A stretch of 64,000 nucleotides of DNA from Pseudomonadota bacterium (GTDB lineage Bacteria; Desulfobacterota; Desulfobacteria; Desulfobacterales; JBDRRP01). Made by a program: the position numbers and the translations under genes. Of the stretch, positions 1-9,364 are shown piece after piece; position 1 is the stretch's first letter, and each line of letters starts with the position of its first letter. The notes under the pieces were generated by a model that saw only the letters and a list, made by a program, of their open reading frames with translations, was not told the DNA's origin and did no database searches. The stretch is from positions 124,001-188,000 of the forward strand of contig JBDRRP010000107.1 in NCBI GenBank assembly GCA_043825735.1, given 5' to 3'.

Positions 1-169
1 ATAATTTGCACTCAACCGATAGCTCTTCACATGAAGCGCATCTGTATACATTTCTTGCTGCGGTGGAACTCTCGGTCAATCTATGTATTGTTTTTTTGAA
101 ACACCACGAGCAGTAAGCCTGCACATGGATCTCTGATGTGGACTTTACAGGTGAGCTAATCTGAGTCAA
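1..169 (-). CDS. Partial ORF running off the left edge, Cys-rich Zn-ribbon-like N-terminus
   Basis: Hand translation of the minus strand: ...VQAYCSWCFKKTIHRLTESSTAARNVYRCASCEELSVECKL; two CxxC pairs. Start uncertain (TTG 169 or GTG 124). Confidence 0.4.
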   Translation of the reverse strand, partial: MTQISSPVKSTSEIHVQAYCSWCFKKTIHRLTESSTAARNVYRCASCEELSVECKL

Positions 170-685
170 AGAGTGCGCCTCATTTGATATTTTATCTGAG
201 ATTCTAATTAGTTGTCAGGTAATGAGTGATGCCGGTATATATATTTACGCCAGTCATTCGTTTCGAAACAAAACAGCGCAGATGATGTAAAGTCAAGTTA
301 GGATTCCGATAGAAGCACGAGCCGAACGTTACGAATTCACGGATTAGTCAATATCGGGAGCCAGCGGTGTTTCAGTCTCAAGTCGCGATTTATATCTGTT
401 GCGACACCAACGACAGTTCTCGGCTGGGCGTCACACAACGCATCCGTTTTCTATAGACTAAGAGCGCAGACGAGGGCTAACGCTGAAGTTGAAAACCAGG
501 CGGCATCCTCTAATATGGCGCTAACGCTTCTACTGTAATGGTATCGGACATCCGGACAGCATGTGGTTTGACCACTTTGACGAATTCTCCCCAACGGCTA
601 ATCCAGCAAAGCAACTCAAGGAACCACCACCGATCACGAATATTGCCGAAAGCCAGCATACCGATACGGGTTTTTTGGAAAGGCA

Positions 686-976
686 ATGGGCAAGACAAGC
701 GTGAAAAAGAAAACGGCCTCGTTGCGATTGAAGCTGTGCAAACACTGCAAGGGGTTTATTCGTGCCGACTTTATGGCTCAGCATAACCGCGAGTTCCATT
801 CCGGTTCTCAAAAAGGAAGCGGCAAGGTCAAAAAGGGGTGGGTGAGGAAAACCTGTTCAGAGTGCGGTGAAACCTATCTTGGCAGGAAAAACTACGATGG
901 GGTGCCGCTATGCCTGGACTGCGGGGAGGACATATTTGAGGCCGGAAAGAGAGGCCCCAAGAGGAAAAAAAGATAA
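686..976 (+). CDS. Small basic Zn-finger-like hypothetical protein
   Basis: CKHC-x11-HNREFH (C2H2-like) plus CSEC...CLDC; Lys/Arg-rich termini. Confidence 0.55.
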   Translation: MGKTSVKKKTASLRLKLCKHCKGFIRADFMAQHNREFHSGSQKGSGKVKKGWVRKTCSECGETYLGRKNYDGVPLCLDCGEDIFEAGKRGPKRKKR

Positions 977-1113
977 GTCATTCGCCGCTCAACCTTTCCT
1001 TATATATCGGATTTCGATAGCGTACCATCTGAACCGAGTGAAAGCATTCGCCATTGCTGAATTAGGGCAACCGTATTATCGTTTCCATGCAGAGCGGGGG
1101 CGGGTCTGTGAAG

Positions 1114-2319
1114 CTAATTCAGCGGTGCGGCGGACACTTGGCCGCTATATCGGTGGGATTCCTCCATCATTGGTTGTTCCAGTCTCAGGCGCAGGGCGTT
1201 GAGTCCTTCCAGGATATCGCCGAATGTTTCAAAGCTGTTGTCGATTTCATCTGCGGGAATTCGGCGGTCCGCCAGCGTAATGGCGGCCGTGACGGCCTCT
1301 TGGGCGTCACGGCGGCGATTCAAGTGATAGAAACTGAGCGCCATGCGGTAGGAGCACTCCGCCCGGTAGCCGGTCGCTGTCAGCGGGGCGGCCTCCAATC
1401 GTTCGGAAAGCGCCTTGAAATCGGAGAGGGCCGGCGCCCAGCGTCCCGACGCCTGCAGTGCGCGACCCCGGTAATACAGGTCGATGAGGCCGACCGAGCG
1501 TTTTTGCCGAACATTTTCTGCCAGCAGCGACAGCGCCTCCAGCGGATGGTTGTGGTCGATGAGTGCGGCAGCGAGATTGTAGCTGGTTTCGTGCGCCGAG
1601 TAAACGCCGTGGGCGACGACGAACCGCATCTGTTCGAGCCCGACTTCCCGGCGATCCGTCATCCAGAAAGCAATGTTGCTGATGAACTTGGACCGGGCGC
1701 TGCGCCAGTAGTTGTAAGTGCCGATGCCCATGTAGGCATCGTAGATCTGGGGCGCGGTGCGAAGCGCATGCTGAAGATTGTCGACGGCGCCCGTGATGTT
1801 GGTGAGCGCCGACATCCACTGGCCCCGCCGAAACCGATTAAGGGCGCGAAATCCCTTAGCCGCGCCGATAAAGACATGCAGCCAGGGGTCTTCGCCGGTT
1901 TCGAGCAGTGAGCGCCCTTTTTCGATAGCTGCATCCAGGTGCGCGTCCATGGCGGCCGTAAAACGATTTGTTCGGTATGTGTTCATCCAGCTCTGATAGG
2001 CGGCGGCACGGATGAAATCCGGAGCCGGGTGATGGGGACGCTGCCGCGAGAGGTCGTCGAGCAGGGCCATGCACGCTTCGAAACGTTCTTGGTACACCAA
2101 CTCGACGCTTTGCCGAAACGCGGCGTCGATCAAGGGATCGCTGATTGCCAGGGCCTCGGCGGGGTCGGCGGGCGTCTGGTCCATGACACCGGCGGTCGCC
2201 GGGAGCCGGACCATGACCAGCAGTAGCACCAATGCCGGCCACCACCGGCACAGGGGGCTTCGGCGAAATGAATGAGGCCGCGATCCAAATCGACCGTGGC
2301 TTTGGCACGTTGCGCACAT
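1114..2319 (-). CDS. Exported TPR-like helical repeat protein
   Basis: Hydrophobic signal-like stretch (WWPALVLLLVMVRLPATAG); TPR-like motifs (DAYMGIG, LYYRGRAL, SYRMALSF). True start may be downstream of 2319. Confidence 0.75.
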   Translation of the reverse strand: MCATCQSHGRFGSRPHSFRRSPLCRWWPALVLLLVMVRLPATAGVMDQTPADPAEALAISDPLIDAAFRQSVELVYQERFEACMALLDDLSRQRPHHPAPDFIRAAAYQSWMNTYRTNRFTAAMDAHLDAAIEKGRSLLETGEDPWLHVFIGAAKGFRALNRFRRGQWMSALTNITGAVDNLQHALRTAPQIYDAYMGIGTYNYWRSARSKFISNIAFWMTDRREVGLEQMRFVVAHGVYSAHETSYNLAAALIDHNHPLEALSLLAENVRQKRSVGLIDLYYRGRALQASGRWAPALSDFKALSERLEAAPLTATGYRAECSYRMALSFYHLNRRRDAQEAVTAAITLADRRIPADEIDNSFETFGDILEGLNALRLRLEQPMMEESHRYSGQVSAAPLN

Positions 2320-2401
2320 GCTGATAAATATGTGCCGTAAAACACTTGAAATGCGTTATGCCCGGGTTAGAATCTCGCCAAGCCAGATACATTTCTTTTC
2401 A

Positions 2402-2773
2402 TCAAAATATATTCTCATAGACATCATAAAAGTTCTTTTCGCCGACCAGAACATCCACTTGGCCTAGAATATCTCTCCCTCTCTTACAGTATTGCCATTT
2501 CTTCCAGCCTTCGGCAGTCTCCCATTTGCTGACGACCAGGAAAGATTCAGGATCATCGGTGCTTCTTAATGTTTCTCTGGAAATGTATCCGGGTTGTTTT
2601 ACTGCGCTGTCGATCAACTTTTTGAGAAGCGGCAGCAGCTTTTCTGATTCACCAGTTTTCAACGTGCGTTTAGTTGTGATGTAGACACTTATTTCGTCGT
2701 AACCGCAGTAGCGCACCTTACTATCGAATAGGGTCTTTCCAATAATCTGCTCAGCATTTAGCCCGAGAGTCAT
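2402..2773 (-). CDS. Antibiotic biosynthesis monooxygenase (ABM) domain protein
   Basis: QPGYISRETL...FLVVSKWETAEGWKKW is typical of ABM. N-terminus looks extended or chimeric. Confidence 0.7.
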   Translation of the reverse strand: MTLGLNAEQIIGKTLFDSKVRYCGYDEISVYITTKRTLKTGESEKLLPLLKKLIDSAVKQPGYISRETLRSTDDPESFLVVSKWETAEGWKKWQYCKRGRDILGQVDVLVGEKNFYDVYENIF

Positions 2774-2832
2774 CCCCCGCCTTCATCGCCGAAGTCGATG
2801 CCCGGTGAGACGGCGACGTTGGCCTTGTCCAT
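2770..2832 (-). pseudogene. Remnant resembling a class I aminotransferase C-terminal motif
   Basis: Translates MDKANVAVSPGIDFGDEGGG*, like the VAVxPGxxFG motif. Confidence 0.4.
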
Positions 2833-3452
2833 TCCGGATTTGGATAGAGGGCGGTTGAGCAAAACGAAGCCGCTTGCCCTCACCCTCGCCTCTATGGCCA
2901 CGTTTAGCGCCTCCAGCGGGGTTGGAAATGAGCAGCGCTCGCTACCGGGAAGAAAGAAAAGTCTAAAAAGACAAGGCTAAGAAGCGTGAAAAAAAGAAAG
3001 CCCAGAAACGGTGAAAATAGCAGATTCAGTGGGGCTCGATTCGATCTCTAACATTGATTAAATGTTTGGCGAACATTGTATCGGTATCAAATCCAGCAGA
3101 TCGTTGTCCCATGCCTCAATGGTGCAGCATGCCTCCGCCACCCCAGTTTTATCTCTACGATCGTTGGCACTTATGGAAGATCTCATCCTGTTGATTTCGG
3201 CAAGAAACTATCGCACCAGTTATGTCGTCGCCAAATTGTCGTGGTTCTGTATACTATGCTGCAAAGCGTCAGCATTCTTTCGAAATAGTCGCGCTCGCTT
3301 TGAATATGATGTCTCGGGGAGAGATCGGGTATTCCAGGACAAGATATTCAGGGGGGAGGTGACGAGACTCAGCATCCCCCGTTCGAAATCCGGCATGATT
3401 CCATTACCACAAAACATTGGCATTGTTGAATATTGACTAAGGATGGGTATGT

Positions 3453-4397
3453 ATGGACGGAGCCCTGATGAAGTTCGTGCAAATTGGGTTATCCAAAAGG
3501 GTTGTCAGTCTGATGCTGGTTGCTGCCGGATTCACCGCGGTATTGTTTTACCTCACCTGCATAGACGTGTGTGCGGGTGTTGCCGGAACCATGGCTGGAA
3601 TCGATCTCAAATACATCGGTTTGGCCTATCTGTCTGCGGTCGGCGCCGGGGTGTTGATGCGCCGGCAGTCTATCGTGTTTGCTTTGCTTTCGGCCGGTAT
3701 CGGGGCTGAAAGCTATCTGGTGGGCTACCAGATCAAGTACGGCGAATTTTGCCCTTTTTGCATGGTGTTCGGCATCGTTGTCGTTTGCTTGTGGATCCTG
3801 CAGTTTGACCGTCGGCGGTGGCGCATGATGGTGCTGATGCCGATCGGTCTGGCGATGATCTGGCTGACTTTCGATGCTGCGTTGCCCGCATACGGTGCCA
3901 CGGCGCCGGGTCTGCCTGAATTTGGCCGCCACGGTGTGCAACTGCGGGTGTATACCGACTATTTTTGCAGTCCCTGCAGCCGGATCGAGCCGGAAATGGA
4001 AGCTTTTCTGAAGTCCCTGGTCGATGGGGGCAAGGCGCGGGTGATATTTATCGATGTGCCGCTTCATCGCAACACGCCGATGTATGCCAGGCTGTACCTG
4101 CGTATCATCGATCAGCGCAGCACTATCACCGATGCACTGCGCCTGCGGCGCTTGCTGTTCGATGCAGCCGAAGAGGGCATCGTCGACGCGCAGCGCCTCG
4201 AGGTGCACATCCAAAACGCCGGGTTTACGCCGACCGGCGTAGACCCCAAGCCCTTGCTTGATACGTGCAATGCCTTTTTCAAACACGACGGGATCCGGGC
4301 AACGCCGACCTTGGTGGTGGACCGAGGCACCGGTGCCGAGACCGTTGACGGTGGCTCGGCGATTCTATCGGCCCTGAAAGCCTTGCTTGAAAACTGA
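3453..4397 (+). CDS. VKOR-like membrane domain fused to a DsbA/thioredoxin-fold domain
   Basis: Several TM helices with FCPFC, then YTDYFCSPC and GIRATPT (cis-Pro loop). Confidence 0.8.
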   Translation: MDGALMKFVQIGLSKRVVSLMLVAAGFTAVLFYLTCIDVCAGVAGTMAGIDLKYIGLAYLSAVGAGVLMRRQSIVFALLSAGIGAESYLVGYQIKYGEFCPFCMVFGIVVVCLWILQFDRRRWRMMVLMPIGLAMIWLTFDAALPAYGATAPGLPEFGRHGVQLRVYTDYFCSPCSRIEPEMEAFLKSLVDGGKARVIFIDVPLHRNTPMYARLYLRIIDQRSTITDALRLRRLLFDAAEEGIVDAQRLEVHIQNAGFTPTGVDPKPLLDTCNAFFKHDGIRATPTLVVDRGTGAETVDGGSAILSALKALLEN

Positions 4398-4450
4398 GAA
4401 ATTCTTCGGATATACGAATTCACGAACTCTGCGGAGCGGCTGAGCTGGAC

Positions 4451-5566
4451 ATGGAAGCCAACGGTAAACTGCTGATCGTCGATGACGAACCCCGGATGTG
4501 CGAGAGCCTCAAAGCGGTGTTGGCCGGCGATCACTACGATATCAATACCGCCACATCGGGGCGTAGCGCCGTGGCAATGCTCACCGCGAAAAAATTTGAC
4601 CTGGTCCTGATGGATTACGTCATTCCGGATATTTCAGGTCCCCGGCTGATGAAGCAAACCCGCGAACTCAACCCGGAGGCGGCGCTCATTGTCATGACCG
4701 GTTACGCCAGCGTCGATAAGGCGGTAGACGCGCTGAGGCTGGGGGCGTTCGATTTTCTCCAGAAGCCGTTTGACTGCGATGAACTGAGGGCGGTGATCCG
4801 GCGCGCCCTTCAACCGGGCCCTCGAAAGCTGACGTCCTCCAACCAAGCTCAGAGCGCTTCACCGCTTTCGCCGGTGCCTGCTCAGACCTTCGTTGGGGAT
4901 TTGGCTTCCGGCACGCCCGAGCCCAAAGGCACGGAGATCGGAAGTGTCGTCCAGGACGCATTTTGTGTTACGGGAGATACACCGATCGATGATATCAAGG
5001 CCGTTCTCAAGCGGGACGAACCGGTCAGTTCGGTTGTCGTCATCGAAGAGCGCAGGCCCATCGGACTTGTCATGAGCATCCATCTGGACCACGCGCTGAG
5101 CCACCCATACGGGATCTCCCTTTACTCCAGCCGACCCGTTCGAGCCCTGATGGACAAATATCCGCTGGTGTTGGAATACGATACCGAAATCGCGGAGGCC
5201 GCCAGACTGGCCATGATGCGGCCGGCGCAAAATCTCTACGATCACCTTGTGATCACCAAGGATGGGGAGGTCTTGGGTACGGTATCGGTGAGGACGATGC
5301 TGCAAACCCTGAATCGTCTGCAGGGGGAGCGCTCTTGCCAACTTGAGCATGCCTACGCCAGCTTGCAAAGGGCGCTTGAAAAAGTAAAGAAACTGAGCGG
5401 ACTGGTACCTATCTGCGCGCAGTGTAAAAAAATCAGAGACGATCAGGGCTACTGGAATCAAATCGAGGCGTTTATCGAGGCCCACTCCGATGCCGAATTC
5501 AGCCACAGCATCTGCCCTGAATGCGTTGCCTTACTGTACCCCGGTTTGGACCTGTCCCGGCCGTAG
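4451..5566 (+). CDS. Response regulator: REC + CBS pair + C-terminal Cys/His motif
   Basis: LLIVDDE, DLVLMD, MTGY, FLQKPF; CBS-like middle; PICAQCKKIRDDQGYW...HSICPEC tail. Confidence 0.85.
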   Translation: MEANGKLLIVDDEPRMCESLKAVLAGDHYDINTATSGRSAVAMLTAKKFDLVLMDYVIPDISGPRLMKQTRELNPEAALIVMTGYASVDKAVDALRLGAFDFLQKPFDCDELRAVIRRALQPGPRKLTSSNQAQSASPLSPVPAQTFVGDLASGTPEPKGTEIGSVVQDAFCVTGDTPIDDIKAVLKRDEPVSSVVVIEERRPIGLVMSIHLDHALSHPYGISLYSSRPVRALMDKYPLVLEYDTEIAEAARLAMMRPAQNLYDHLVITKDGEVLGTVSVRTMLQTLNRLQGERSCQLEHAYASLQRALEKVKKLSGLVPICAQCKKIRDDQGYWNQIEAFIEAHSDAEFSHSICPECVALLYPGLDLSRP

Positions 5567-5569
5567 GCG

Positions 5570-6331
5570 TCACCCGAATCGTCCGGTGATGTAGTCTTCG
5601 GTCTCCTTGAGGGCGGGGCGGGTGAACAATGCTTCTGTTTTGCCCGATTCAACCAGGCGCCCCATGTAAAAAAAGGCCGTCATATCCGAAACCCGCGCGG
5701 CCTGCTGCATGTTGTGGGTAACGATGATGATGGTGTATTGCGCCTTGAGCTGGTGGATGAGATCTTCGATTTTCTGCGTTGCGATGGGGTCCAGCGCCGA
5801 ACACGGCTCGTCCATGAGGATGACTTCCGGCTGGACCGCCAGTGCGCGAGCGATGCACATTCGCTGCTGTTGACCGCCGGACAGCCCCAGGGCGGAATCT
5901 CCCAGCCTGTTGGCGACTTCATCCCACAAAGCGGCCTTTCTCAGGCTCTGTTCCACACAATCTTCGATGAGGGCTCTCTTTTTCAGTCCGTTGACGCGTA
6001 GCCCGTAGGCCACATTTTCGAAAATGCTTTTGGGAAACGGGTTTGGTTTCTGAAACACCATGCCGATGCGCCGCCGAAGATCCACCACATCGGTGCCGGG
6101 GGTGTACACATCGACACCATCAAAAATCACCTGGCCTTCGAGTCGGGTGTCGAGAATGAGGTCGTTCATCCGGTTCAGACACCTCAGGAAGGTGCTCTTA
6201 CCGCAGCCGGAGGGACCAATCAGCGCGGTGACCTCCAGCGGTGTGATGTCCAGATGGATATCATGGAGGGCCTTGGCATCGCCATAATAGAAATTTACGT
6301 CTTTGACGGCTATTTTTACAGCACCACTCAT
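5570..6331 (-). CDS. pstB: Phosphate ABC transporter ATPase
   Basis: [46 protein letters not shown]. Confidence 0.97.
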   Translation of the reverse strand: MSGAVKIAVKDVNFYYGDAKALHDIHLDITPLEVTALIGPSGCGKSTFLRCLNRMNDLILDTRLEGQVIFDGVDVYTPGTDVVDLRRRIGMVFQKPNPFPKSIFENVAYGLRVNGLKKRALIEDCVEQSLRKAALWDEVANRLGDSALGLSGGQQQRMCIARALAVQPEVILMDEPCSALDPIATQKIEDLIHQLKAQYTIIIVTHNMQQAARVSDMTAFFYMGRLVESGKTEALFTRPALKETEDYITGRFG

Positions 6332-6373
6332 TTGGCATTCCTTTGGAGCGTTTCGGCCCTATCGGCCGAGGGC

Positions 6374-7318
6374 TTACCTCCGCTTACGACGCAGATGGGA
6401 GCGATAGACAACGGCCACGAAATTCATGCCGAGAACCAGCGTGATCAAGACCAGCGCCGTACCGTACTGAAGGGGGCGGGTCGCCTCGATTTCCGTTCCG
6501 GCTGTCGCCAGTACGTAAATGTGGTAAGGCAGGGCCATGATTTCGTCGCTCAATGAAGTGGGCAGATCCGGGGTGTAGAAGGCCGCCGCCGTGAACATGA
6601 TCGGTGCGGTCTCCCCGGCGACACGGCTCAAAGATAGGATCCCCCCGGTCAGGATGCCCGGCAGAGCCGCCGGCAGAACCACCCGCCAGATCGTTTGCAG
6701 TTTGGTGCCGCCCAGCCCAAGACTCGCTTCACGATAGGTGTCGGGCACGGCGCGCAGCGCTTCCTCGGTGGCGCCGATGATCACGGGCAGGCACATGACG
6801 CCCAGCGTCAGGGCGCCGGAGCGCAGGCTCACGCCCAGGTTCAGATAAATGCAAAAAAATGCATATCCGAAAAGACCGAACACCACGGAGGGGATTCCGG
6901 CCAGGTTGTTGATTCCAAGACGGATGGCGCGCAGCACCCGTCCCGGCCGTGCGTATTCGGTAAGGTAGATGGCAGAGGCGATCCCGATGGGGAATGCCAC
7001 CAACAGGGCACCGGTGCTCAGCAGCAACGTTCCGACGATGCAGGGCAGGATGCCCCCCTGGGTCATGGATTCGCGCGGCGGCTGGGACAAAAACGCCCAG
7101 TTGATGGCCTGCCAGCCTTTTACGGTGATAAAGCCCACCACCGCGGCCAGGGCGAGCCCGTTGACCATTGCGGCTAACCTGAAACTCAGAAAGACGGCGC
7201 TCTGGATGGCGACACGGCGCTGGCGGTCCCGGTTCGGCGGGGAAAGCACCGGCAGTTCTTCAGGGATGGGCGCTTCGCCGGCATCCGCGGCGGCGGCAAA
7301 GGATGTGTCAGATGTCAT
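6374..7318 (-). CDS. pstA: Phosphate ABC transporter permease
   Basis: LAGIPSVVFGLFG, REASLGLG, SRVAGETAP; position in operon. Confidence 0.95.
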   Translation of the reverse strand: MTSDTSFAAAADAGEAPIPEELPVLSPPNRDRQRRVAIQSAVFLSFRLAAMVNGLALAAVVGFITVKGWQAINWAFLSQPPRESMTQGGILPCIVGTLLLSTGALLVAFPIGIASAIYLTEYARPGRVLRAIRLGINNLAGIPSVVFGLFGYAFFCIYLNLGVSLRSGALTLGVMCLPVIIGATEEALRAVPDTYREASLGLGGTKLQTIWRVVLPAALPGILTGGILSLSRVAGETAPIMFTAAAFYTPDLPTSLSDEIMALPYHIYVLATAGTEIEATRPLQYGTALVLITLVLGMNFVAVVYRSHLRRKRR

Positions 7319-7327
7319 AAGGGTCCC

Positions 7328-8236
7328 TTACAGGGTGGCATCTCCAACCTGCCGGTAGCGGTGCGCGATGATGTCTGCCACGATGTTGAAACAAAGGGTG
7401 AACAGGAACAAAACGATGCCGATGGCGAACAGTGCATGGTAATGGTCGCCGCCAACCGGCGCTTCCGCCATTTCCGCAGCAATGCTGGCCGGAAGCGGCC
7501 TGACCGGGTCAAACAGCGAGCGCGGCACTAGTGCGGCGCCACCGGCCACCATGAGCACGACCATGGTTTCTCCGATGGCGCGGGACATGCCCAGGATGAC
7601 GGCGGTACAGATGCCCGACACGGAGGCCGGCAAGATGACCCGCACGATGGTTTCCCAGTGACTGGCCCCCAGCGCCAGTGACGCCTCCTTCAGGTTGACG
7701 GGCACGCTGTAGATGGCGTCCTCGGATATGCTGCAGATGGTGGGAATCGACATGAAGGCCAGCATCAGCGCGGCGTTGAAAAGGTTTAGGCCGGTGGCAA
7801 TGTCGATGCCCACGGCCGCACCCATCGACTGCAGTAGCGGCGCCATGACCACCATTCCGAAGAAGCCGATCACCACGGAAGGCAGCGCCGCCAGTAGTTC
7901 TATCAGTGGCTTGACCAATTCCCGGACGCGGTAAGCGGCGATTTCCGACAGGTAAACGGCTGTCATGACGCCCAGCGGAATGGCGATGAGAGAAGCGATC
8001 ACAGTGACGCTCACCGATCCGATGATCAGCGGATAGATACCGAAATCGGGGTTGTCGTCGGTCGGATACCAGTCGCATCCAAACAGGAAATCCGTGACGC
8101 TGACCTGATTGAAAATCGGAACGCCCTCGGCGAACAAAAATATCGTGATCAGCAGTAAAATGGAAACGGAGGCGGTTGCGATGATGAGAAACAGGCCGTG
8201 GATCACGCGTTCTCTTTGCTGCCGATCGGGTGCCAT
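7328..8236 (-). CDS. pstC: Phosphate ABC transporter permease
   Basis: ELLAALPSVVIG, EASLALGA, SRAIGETMVV. Confidence 0.95.
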   Translation of the reverse strand: MAPDRQQRERVIHGLFLIIATASVSILLLITIFLFAEGVPIFNQVSVTDFLFGCDWYPTDDNPDFGIYPLIIGSVSVTVIASLIAIPLGVMTAVYLSEIAAYRVRELVKPLIELLAALPSVVIGFFGMVVMAPLLQSMGAAVGIDIATGLNLFNAALMLAFMSIPTICSISEDAIYSVPVNLKEASLALGASHWETIVRVILPASVSGICTAVILGMSRAIGETMVVLMVAGGAALVPRSLFDPVRPLPASIAAEMAEAPVGGDHYHALFAIGIVLFLFTLCFNIVADIIAHRYRQVGDATL

Positions 8237-8314
8237 TTATGCCGGAGACTCCTGAGTGAGCATTAATATGGATCAGCATACCGAAATACGTCACTGCAAT
8301 TGCGAATCGAAGCG

Positions 8315-9154
8315 TTAGTAAAGCGGGACAAAGCCGGCTTCCCGAATCAGTTTCTGTCCCTTTTCGGGGTGCAGCATGTAATTGATGAAAACCGCGATGG
8401 TGTCCTTGGGCCAGTTGTTGGTGAACATGTAAAGCGGCCGGCTGATGGGGTAAAGACCATTGAGCGTGGTTTCCTCGCTGCCGACGATGCCGTTGACCGG
8501 AAGTGCTTTGACGTCCTTGTTGAGGTATCCCAAACCGATGTAGCCGATCGCGTTCTTGTTGCGCGATACCGCCTGGGAAACCGCACCGTTGGAGGCCTGG
8601 AGCAGGGCGCCGGGGAAAACCCGCTGCTTGTCGAGCACTTTTTCGTTCCACACTTCATAGGTGCCCGATGACGTGTCCCGGGAGACCACCACGATTTGAC
8701 GGTCGTCGCCCCCGACCTCGCGCCAGTTCATGATCTCGCCTTTGTAGATGCCTTTGAGCTGTTCAATGCTCAAATCGGTGATCGGGTTTTCAGGATGCAC
8801 GACGGGAACGATACAATCGTAGGCCACGGCGAACGGCACCGGGTAGACGCCGTTGCTCATGGCCATTTTGACTTCTCTGTCCTTGATAAAGCGGGAGCTG
8901 TCGGCAATGTCCGTGGTGCCGTCGATGATGGCTTTGATGCCGTTGCCGGATCCGCCGCCCGAGATGGAGATTTTCACCTCCTGAAAATCTTTCATAAAGG
9001 CCTCACCCACCTTTTGCGCGATGGGCAGAACCGTGGTTGACCCCTTGATGACGATGTGCCCCATGACGGCACTGTCGCACCAGGCGGTTGCGGATGAAAA
9101 ACCGACGATCGGAAGAATTAGGGCAAATACTCTGATGAGATTGCGAAGTGTCAT
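8315..9154 (-). CDS. pstS: Phosphate ABC transporter substrate-binding protein
   Basis: KGSTTVLP, GGGSGNG, SRDTSSGT, AIGYIG, YPISRPLY; signal peptide. Confidence 0.95.
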   Translation of the reverse strand: MTLRNLIRVFALILPIVGFSSATAWCDSAVMGHIVIKGSTTVLPIAQKVGEAFMKDFQEVKISISGGGSGNGIKAIIDGTTDIADSSRFIKDREVKMAMSNGVYPVPFAVAYDCIVPVVHPENPITDLSIEQLKGIYKGEIMNWREVGGDDRQIVVVSRDTSSGTYEVWNEKVLDKQRVFPGALLQASNGAVSQAVSRNKNAIGYIGLGYLNKDVKALPVNGIVGSEETTLNGLYPISRPLYMFTNNWPKDTIAVFINYMLHPEKGQKLIREAGFVPLY

Positions 9155-9264
9155 TTTTCCCCTCTCCTTGATGATGGGTGCGCCGGCGGCCGGCTTGCTG
9201 ATGACGGGATATCACGAAAAGGTGATGCGCGTGAATTCCGCACTCAACATCTCTAACTTATCAT

Positions 9265-9281
9265 TGTTAGGTCCGTGTCAG
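9265..9281 (-). promoter_or_regulatory. Pho-box-like direct repeat upstream of pstS
   Basis: Minus strand CTGACA-cggac-CTAACA, 11-bp period. Confidence 0.45.
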
Positions 9282-9364
9282 CGCGCCGTGGTTTTATGCT
9301 GCCGTTGAGCGTTCGGTGCCGGCACCCGGCGCATCGAGCGTGGTGACCGGCAGCCGATTCACGG

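Noticed and set aside
290..530. Several AAC/GTT cores resembling integron attC ends
   Set aside because: No complete attC palindrome could be built and no integrase is in the window.
3060..3436. Short ORFs on both strands, faintly HisKA-like on the minus strand
   Set aside because: Interrupted by stops, no conserved His box, similarity too weak.
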